A stretch of DNA of 64,000 nucleotides from the human T2T-CHM13v2.0 reference genome, Homo sapiens, in the NCBI RefSeq assembly GCF_009914755.1, contig NC_060929.1. One strand, 5' to 3'. The position numbers and the translations under genes are program-made. Shown piece after piece: positions 55,286 through 64,000 of this stretch. A model generated the notes under the pieces. The model was not told the origin of the DNA. It saw only the letters and a program-made list of their open reading frames with translations, and made no database searches. Positions within the stretch are counted from its first letter, which is position 1. The number at the start of each line of letters is the position of its first letter.

Positions 55286-57804
55286 AATGGAATCACAATG
55301 GAATTTTGCCTCTGTTTTAGAGACATAATTTTTTTCCTAGGCCTCAATATCTGCTGGGAAAGATAATGCAAAGAGAGCTGAGCAGCCCCATCCATTTGCT
55401 AGGGTTGCCAGTCCTGATCACTGCACAAGCAATTCAGGCTCAGAGGCCCATGGCCCCACTTCAGGAAGACACTGGAAGTAGCCCGGGTGACCCTTGGATA
55501 TGGTTTCAGCTTTATCTTTTTTAAGGAGCAGGCGAAGCCCTTGCCAGCAGAAGCCTCCTGCCACCAGAGCCTGCTAAGTACTCCCTCCTCAGCCTACAGC
55601 CTGACAATGTGACCCCGATCCTGACCAAAAGGACCAGAGGGAAAGCAAGTCCAACGGGGAAGTGGTGCTTCCAGGAAAAATGCTCCCCTCTGATAAAAAG
55701 ATGCATAGCTGTATCAATTGGGGACCCGGAAAGAAACACATAGATTCAACTTGGGAAGTTTGGAAAAAGTCCAATAAAAGGCATAAAAAAGTATGGGCAT
55801 AGTATGGAAAACCATTACAGAGAGGGCAGAATCCCAGAGCTGGTAACAAGTTTTTAATCAACACTAGGCAACCATTTTTAAAAAGGCCAAGAAAATCACA
55901 GAAAAGCCAATCCAGAGTCCTACGTTGTTAAGCCTCTGAACTGCCAGCCTTCATACTGGTTATTTTCAAAAAAAAAAAAAAAAAAAAGTAAATCCCATTA
56001 CCTAAAGCCAAAAGCACAATCAATTAAAAAATCCTTTAACCAGTCTGTCTTGTAATCCACTAAAATTATCTCCTTATTGAAATTAGAAGAATTGTAGTTC
56101 AAGTCAGAAGAGATAGCCTCAAATCTGGAACATGTTAAGAGAGACTCCAATAGACCAAAGGACACAAAACTCAAATGGAAACCGAAAATTGGTCATATCC
56201 AACCTCCCCAATATATTTTTTTACATGCGTATTTGTACCTCTCAAATATTCAAATACATAGCACTAGAGATAATAAGGTTTCAGTCTCACAAGCTCCTAG
56301 TGGGTGTTCAAATCGGTAGGATGTTTCTGGAAATAATGTGGGCAACATGCACTGAATTACTTGAAACTAGGACATTACTCCTTTCTTCCTCTAAGGTTTA
56401 CTGTTTCAGAAATAGTTGTGAGCTCATTGTTAGCCAAATAATTAAATTTTTAATATGGTTTAATTAGTCCATTCAACTACTCTTATTTCTAACTACTTTA
56501 AAAATTAAGCCCTAGCATTCTATCTTTTTAAAGGCATAATGGAATGAAGTGATGCACTGCATCCTTTCAGCCTGTTAGTCACATCTTTAATAAGCACAGC
56601 TGTTTGTACTGAGACATAACGAAGGCATTATCACCCACTGAGGGGCATCATATGCTGAATCCTGGAAATGTACAGTGAAGAAATAATCAGCCTCTGAAGT
56701 GCTAACCTTGTAAACCCAGCCTACAAAATGGCTCAAACCTTACATAAAATACCCTTACAGCAAATTACTCCTGTCTAATGCTAAATCATTTCCAATGGGA
56801 CATCAAACCTTCATTAATAAATTTTCATTGGCTTAAAAATTAATAATGTTGATTTCCATATATTTTAAAAGGTTTCATATTTATAGTAATTATTTTAAGA
56901 AAGAAAAAAATAATTCTAATTTCCTCTACATGGCCCAATACTTATTAAAAAGGATGCTCGGGGAATGAGGTTTTCTGGGTAACAGAATATTTCAGTTTGT
57001 TTTAATTCAAAATATTATTGGATGTAACCGTCAGGCTCTGATCTGCAAAAGATGTAAGATATTGGAATGAGCACTAACTTCAGGACAGACTATAGAAGAA
57101 AGTTTTAAATGAATCGATTGTATCAACTTTCTTTTTAATCCCATATTTAGGATAATAAATACAGGACACAGCTCAAAATTTAGGTTACAGATTCAGTCAT
57201 TTTGACTGGATATTAGAGTAAAGAAAGATACTATATACATGACACTGGAAGACTGAATAGATGGAAAGGCACAACGGGAATAGAAAGTGATTCTCCAGCA
57301 ATAAAGGCAAAAGCTATCCAGTGAAGAGGAAAACAGACCAGATGGTGATGGTCGATCCTTTCCCTTCTGCTATCCATCCCCACTCCCACCGACCTCACCA
57401 CTGACAGTGTTCCTATCTGTGGGTCCCTGCTTTAGCTGAGTTGCTGCCTTCAGCTTTGTCAGCAAGTGCTGCCACCTTTGGATACTGATTTAAGGCCTCT
57501 ATTGCTTCAAAGTGAAGCTCTCTGAATCTGGGGGCCTGCACACTCCCCGGCCTCTCCAGTCAGATGGAGCCTAAGAATTCTGCTCAAAACAATTCCCAGA
57601 GGGCTACTGGTGACAGCGCCAGTTCCATCGTGGCCAGATCCAGCTTCAGCCAGGATGTAAGGCAGATGCACGAACTCCTCATGTCTGAGAGACCACGTCC
57701 AATAGAGCTGCCCTCCCGGACCCTGTGCAAACCACCATTCCAGCTTCCCATCAATTTAAGTATCTATAAGGTAAAGAACTGCCACTGAAGAACTGCATGG
57801 AATG

Positions 57805-58085
<281 letters not shown>

Positions 58086-59754
58086 TCAGGCAGCAATAAT
58101 TTAAAGTAACTGTATTAAATAATTTCCAAATTTTCCTTTGAGCTGCAAAGTAATATTTACAGCTATCACAAGACCTCCAAAGTGCAGAGTTGGGAAGTTT
58201 CTACATTTTCAAATATACATTATCTGTAAAAGAGATTGTATATAAAACAGGTTTGTTAATTGTCCATTTTATTAAAATGCTAAGGCACTAGTATACAATC
58301 ATATTAAAGAGAAAAAAGCCTTACATTTATGCAGAAGTCATAACATACACTTTCTATCTTCCTCACTTAAAAAGAAATGTAAAAGTTACCCACCAAGTTT
58401 TTAATAACAATAAAAGAAAAAGGAAGTAAAGTATCTCAATTTTCTATCACTGTAGGAGGACTGACAGAAATTTTAAGGCACCAAACCCCAAAAGTTCCTC
58501 TCTAGGGGCCATGGCACAGAGAAGACTTAGAAATTCAAGTTGTTTCAGCAGAAATTCACAGATCATTAAATTAATTCAAAACCCAACAAGGCGGCAAACT
58601 AACAATTTACCCTTACAGTATCTGGTTACAGCCAGCAATTTTTCACAAAAATACGCTTATCTCCTCCCTTCCCATCATTTAAAAGGGCAAGCAGTTAAGG
58701 TCACAGTTTAAAAGTGCAATGCAAAGCTGATGCCAGCCAGAGTCAGCCTTAAATATACAGAGCTTTAAAGGAAGTGCGGTGAGGCAAGAGAGAAGGAATC
58801 TGGAAACAGATCGGCAGACCTACCCACCTGGCCCAGGTCACTTGGCTCTCAGGCTCCTCTATGTATCTGACTCAGCTAATGGAGGTTTTTAACTTTATCC
58901 AAACTCAGACCCCACCCAGATCACCTTCAATTAGAATTTATAGTTGGTCACTTTCATAGCTCCCACAGGTGACTGTAATGTGCATTCAGGGGTCAGAACC
59001 ACTGAATTGAAGAGACCGAGAGAGAATGGGAGAGTCAGGATTATGGATAGACAGCCTGTGTATGAAAAACCTCAAATGCGAAGGCTGCCTTGACACAAGA
59101 CACTGCTCTGTGCCCCAACTTTGCAGTGGACAGCTATCTCAAAGATCTGGTCCAGGCTTCCCATCCACCTGCTCAACTATTACATGCAGGGATAGCTCAG
59201 GGGCTCTTTTTTCTCCCCGCACTCTACCTCTATCATTATTTGGTTTGCAGAACAAACTGTCTTTCCTTTTCAAAATGGAAACTTGGTTGGATAACTGGTC
59301 TCTGAGCCAGCCAGGCAGGAGACAGCCTCCACACTAACAAGGGAGTTTCCAAGCCCATTAACTCTCCCCTTTAGCCCCCTGCTATGAGCTCCCAGAGGTA
59401 AATACACACTTAAGAGTAAATTATTGGTTTACAGGCCTCTAAAGCAGTTGGTTCTTAAATTAATTTAATGAGCTGTGAACTTATGCTAAAGTAATTTCTG
59501 ATCCCAGGAGAGGAATTGTTGGACGTGGAAAAAAAAAATTCTATGGCTTAGCAGAAGATTCGGAGAACAACAACAGGAGAAAAAACAAACACATGATCAT
59601 TTAAAAAGCAAATCTCTAATATTTTCAAACACAAGAAAATTATTTCATTCAAAATTTTTACTCCCCTGTATTAGATCTGTATTGGCATTTTAAATATTTT
59701 TTAATGTATTAAGGATTTTATAATCCTGACACTGTACTAATAAGCATTTAATAT

Positions 59755-60262
59755 TGTTAAATAAAAATCATAGGAGGCCACTGTTTTGGACTAAGCTCCT
59801 ACACTAGGCCCCAACAGACCAGACTGAAAAATCAAAACAGACTCATCCATGCTAAAGTTCCAGGTCACCAAACAAAACAGAGTTGTTATCTGACCTTTTC
59901 AGAAATCAGGAGAGACAGAAAACGGCCAATTTCTCAAATAGGCCAGTTTCAATCTTACACTGGCATAATAACGAAGTTCCTCTGTTTTAATCCTTAACCC
60001 AAAGTAACCTGATGTTAACCAGTTATTTTTTCTATTATACTATCTCTCTGTCCCACTTTACAAGGAAAGTAACTTTGAAATGATCAACATTTTTGTTGTT
60101 TCTGCCTTCTTTAGCTTTTTTTCCCGTCTATAAAGGCAACTTCCTCTGCCCCACTCATTGGAACACTTACTCTACTTATGGAAGGGTTGCCCAATTCCAG
60201 AATTGCAAATAAAGCTAATTGAGACCTTTAAACTAAATTTGTTATAATTTCATCTTTTGACA
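59755..60262 (+). mobile_element. ERV1-class solo LTR (MER4-group; subfamily not assigned)
   Basis: TG...CA termini (tgttaaataaaaatc ... cttttgaca), tataaa and aataaa motifs. TSD atat / atgt. Confidence 0.8.
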
Positions 60263-60635
60263 ATGTAATATACGTTATCTCACTTGATCCTCACAACAAT
60301 GCTAGAATTAGGAGATGTTACCACCACCTCTTTACAAAAGAGGAGCCTGAAGGAAACTCGGAGGCTACACAACCAGGGCAGTTTCACACAATAAGGAGGG
60401 ATGGCATGAAGGTATAAAGGCGGTTCTACCAATGCCAAACTTCCAAAAACTAAGCTCTAGTAAATAAATTCTGCATGTCTCAATGCCTACACAATATGAA
60501 AAATGTTAGAAAACCATTTCACACTTTAGGAAAAAGAAGTAAGATGGCTGAATAGGAAGAGCTCTGGTCTGCAGCTCCCAGCGTGATCGACACAGAAGAC
60601 GGGTGACTTCTGCATTTCCAACTGAGGTACCTGGT

Positions 60636-60968
60636 TCATCTATTTGGGACTGGTTGGACAGTGGGTGCAGCCCACAGAGGGTGAGCCAAAGCAGGGCGGG
60701 GCATCGCCTCACCTGGGAAGCACAAGGGGTCAGGGGATTTCCCTTTCCTAGCCAAGGGAAGCCGTGACAGACTGTACCTGGAAAATGAGGACACTGCCAC
60801 CCAAATACTGTGCTTTTCCAACAGTCTTAGCAAACAGAACACCAGGAGATTACATCCCGCACCTGGCTCAGTGGGTCTCACACCCACGGAGCCTTGCTCA
60901 CTGCCAGCACAGCAGTCCGAGATCGAGCTGTGAGCTGACAGCCTGGGTGGGGGAGTGGCATCTGCCAC
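60636..60968 (-). other. L1 ORF0 homologous frame (GTG start)
   Basis: (M)ADATPPP ... ISDCC ... SVGV ... EPG resembles recalled L1HS ORF0 (MAGAPPPASLPPCSLISDCC ... SVGVGPSEPG). Confidence 0.75.
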
Positions 60969-61568
60969 TGCTAAAGCTTGAGTAGGTAAATAAAGCGGCC
61001 CAGAAACTCAAACTGGGTGGAGCTCACTGCAGCTCAACGAGGCCAGCGTGACTCTGTAGACTCCACCTCTGGGGGCACGGCATAGCTGAACAAAAGGCAG
61101 CAGTAACTTCTGCAGATTTAAACATACCTGTCTGACAGCTCTGAAGAGAGCAGTGGTTCTCCCAGCACAGTGTTTGAGCTCTGAGAACGGACAGACTGCC
61201 TCCTCAAGTGGATCCCTGACCCCCATGTAGCCTAACTGGGAGACACCTCCCAGTAGGGGCCAACTGACACCTCATACAGCTGGGTGCCCCTCTGAGACAA
61301 AGCTTCCAGAGGAAAGATCAAGCAGCAATATTTGCTGTTCTGCAATATTTGCTGTTCTGCAGCCTCTGCTGGTGATACCCAGGCAAACAGGGTCTGTAGT
61401 GGACCTCCAGCAAACTCCAACAGACCTGCAGCTGAGGGACCTGACTGTTAGAAGGAAAAGTAACAAACAGAAAGGAATAGCATCAACATCAACAAAAAGG
61501 ACATCCACACCAAAGCCCCAGCTGTAGGTCACCATCATCAAAGACCAAAGGTAGATAAAACCACAAAG

Positions 61569-62593
61569 ATGGGGAGAAACCAGAGTAAAAAAGCTGAAAA
61601 TTCTAAAAACTAGAGCGCCTCTTCTCCTCCAAAGGACTGCAGCTCCTCGCCAGCAACAGAACTAAGCTGGACAGAGAATGACTTTGATGAGTTGACAGAA
61701 GTAGGCTTCAGAAGGCTGGTAATAACAAACTTCTCCAAGCTAAAGGAGAAGTTCCTTGCAAACCCATCGCAAGGAAGCTAAAAACTTTGAAAAAAGATGA
61801 GATGAATGGCTAACAAGAATAAATAGTGCAGAGAAGACCTTAAATGACCTGATGGAGCTGAAAAGGCCATGGCACAAGAACTACATGACGCATGTACAAG
61901 CTTCAGTAGCCAATTCGATCAAGTGGAAGAAAGGGTATCAATGATGGAAGATCAAATTAATGAAATGAAACAAGAACAGAAGTGTAGAGAAAAAAGAGTA
62001 AAAAGAAACGAACAAAGCCTCCAAGAAATATGGGACTATGTGAAAAGACCAAATCTACGTCTGATTGGTATACCTGAAAGCGATGGGGAGAATGGAACCA
62101 AGGGGGAAAACACTCTTCAGGATATTATCCAGGAGAACTTTCCCAACCTAGCAAGGCAGGTCAACATTCAAATTCAGGAAATACAGAGAACACCATAGAT
62201 ACTCCTCAAGAAGAGCAACCCCAAGACACATAATTGTCAGATTCACCAAGGTTGAAATGAAGGAAAAAATGTTAAGGGCAGTCAGAGAGAAAGGTCGGGT
62301 TACCCACAAAGGCCCATCAGACTAACAGCAGATCTCTCGGCAGAAACTCCACAAGCGAGAAGAGAGTGGGGGCCAGTATTCAACATTCTTAAAGAAAAGA
62401 ATTTTCAACCCAGAATTTCATATACAGCCAAACTAAACTTCATAAGTGATAGAGAAATAAATCGTTTACAGACAAGCAAATGCTGAGAGATTTTGTCAGC
62501 ACCAGTCCTGGCTTACAAGAGCTCCTGAAGGAAGCACTAAACATGGAAAGGAACAACTGGTACCAGCCACTGCAAAAACATGCCAAACTGTAA
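61569..62593 (+). pseudogene. Disabled L1 ORF1
   Basis: MGRNQSKKAENSKN* (stop at 61611-61613); later remnant IWDYVKRPNLRLIGIPE; frameshifts. Confidence 0.92.
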
Positions 62594-62656
62594 AGACCAC
62601 TGATGCTAGGAAGAAACTGCATCGACTAATGGGAAAACTAACCAGCTAACATCATA

Positions 62657-64000
62657 ATGACAGAATCAAATTCACACATAACAATATTAACCTTAAATGT
62701 AAATGAGCAAAATGCCCCAATTAAAAGACACAGACAGGCAAATTGGATAAAGAGTCAAGACCCATCAGTGTGCTGTATTCAGGAGACACATCTCACATGC
62801 AGAGACACACATAGGCTCAAAATAAAGGGATGGAGGAAGATCTACCAAGCAAATGGAAAGCAAAAAAAAAAAAAAAAAAAAAAAAGCAGGGGTTGCAATC
62901 CTAGTCTCTAATAAAACAGACTTTAAACCAACAAAGATCAAAAGAAACACAGAAGGCCATTACATAATGGTAAAGGGATCAATTCAACAAGAAGAGCTAA
63001 CTATCCTAAATATATATGCACTCAATACAGGAGCACCCAGATTCATAAAGCAAGTCCTTAGAGACCTATAAAGAGACTTAGACTCTCACACAATAATAAT
63101 GGGAGACTTTAACACCCCACTGTCAATATTAGACAGATCAATGAGACAGAAGGTTAAAAAGGATATCCAAGAATTGAACTCACCTCTGCACCAAGTGGAC
63201 CTAATAGACATCTACAGAACTCTCCACCCCAAATCAACAGAATATAGTTTCTTCTCAGCACCACATCACACTTATTCCAAAATTGACGACATAATTGGAA
63301 GTAAAGCACTCCTCAGCAAATGTAAAAGTACAGAAATCACAACAAACTGTCTCTCAGACAGCAGTGCAATCAAATTAGTATTCAGGACTAAGAAACTCAC
63401 TCAAAACTGCTCAACTACATGGAAACTGAACAACCTGCTCCTGAATCACTACTGGGTAAATAACAAAATGAAGGCAGAAATAAAGATGTTCCTTGAAACC
63501 AATGAGAACAAAGACACAACGTACCACAATCTCTGGGACACATTTAAAGCAGTGTGTAGAGGCAATGTTATAGCACTAAATGCCCACAAGAGAAAGCAGG
63601 AAAGATCTAAAATCGACACCCTAACATCACAATTAAAAGAACTAGAGAAGCAAGAGCAAACACATTCAAAAGCTAGCAGAAAGCAAGAAATAACTAAGAT
63701 CAGAGCAGAACTGAAGGAGATAGAGACACAAAAAAACCATCAAAAAATTAATGAATCCAGGAGCTGGTTTTTTGAAAAGATCAACAAAATTGATAGACCG
63801 CTAGCAAGACTAATAAAGAAGAAAAGAGAGAAGAATCAAACAGACGCGATAAAAAATGATAAAGGGGATACCACCACCGATCCCATAGAAATACAAACTA
63901 CCATCAAAGAATACTATAGACACCTCTACGCAAATAAACTAGAAAATCTAGAAGAAATGAATAAATCCCTGGACACATACACCTTCCCAAGATGAAACCA
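62657..64000 (+). pseudogene. Disabled L1 ORF2 (endonuclease domain, partial)
   Basis: MTESNSHITILTLNVN ... GDFNTPLS. Frameshift at the expanded A-run (~62862-62885), stops at 63069-63071 and 63993-63995. Confidence 0.95.

Larger units (their letters stand above)
60541..64000 (+). mobile_element. L1PA element (L1PA6/7-like) with intact 5'UTR, continuing beyond the window
   Basis: aagatggctgaataggaa start, ~1 kb 5'UTR, then ORF1 and ORF2 homology. Confidence 0.95.

Noticed and set aside
57465-57485. CTCF-like AGGTGGCAG core on the minus strand
   Set aside because: The 5' half of the motif does not match, so it cannot be supported without ChIP data.
61325-61358. 17-bp tandem repeat gcaatatttgctgttct in the L1 5'UTR
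   Set aside because: I recall it as a feature of this L1PA subfamily consensus rather than locus-specific.
63099-63995. 298-aa ORF, the longest in the window
   Set aside because: It is an internal piece of a disabled L1 ORF2 between premature stops, not a gene.

Overview
This is hominid (human or great-ape-like) non-coding DNA, dominated by interspersed repeats; the SVA element restricts it to hominoids. It contains Alu/FLAM/FAM/FRAM, MIR, L2, old L1M fragments, a rearranged L1MA, a 5'-intact but disabled L1PA running off the right edge, ERV1/MaLR/ERVL LTRs, a decayed ERVL pro-pol region and hAT/TcMar DNA transposon fossils. I found no intact protein-coding gene, tRNA, rRNA or CRISPR array, and I cannot name a host gene. 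The only recognisable cellular-gene sequence is a processed HSBP1 pseudogene (minus strand, ~33.9-34.2 kb). The most unusual structures are: a 161-bp, 97.5%-identical inverted repeat with no recognisable repeat origin and nested fold-back junction palindromes (138-728); an SVA with a 3' transduction nested in an AluJ; an orphan polyadenylated retrocopy; an internally inverted and duplicated L1MA; and an open L1 ORF0 frame. I see no evidence of a new multi-gene system; the findings are rearrangement and retroposition signatures. Repeat subfamily calls are from memory of consensus sequences, and boundaries of old repeats are approximate.
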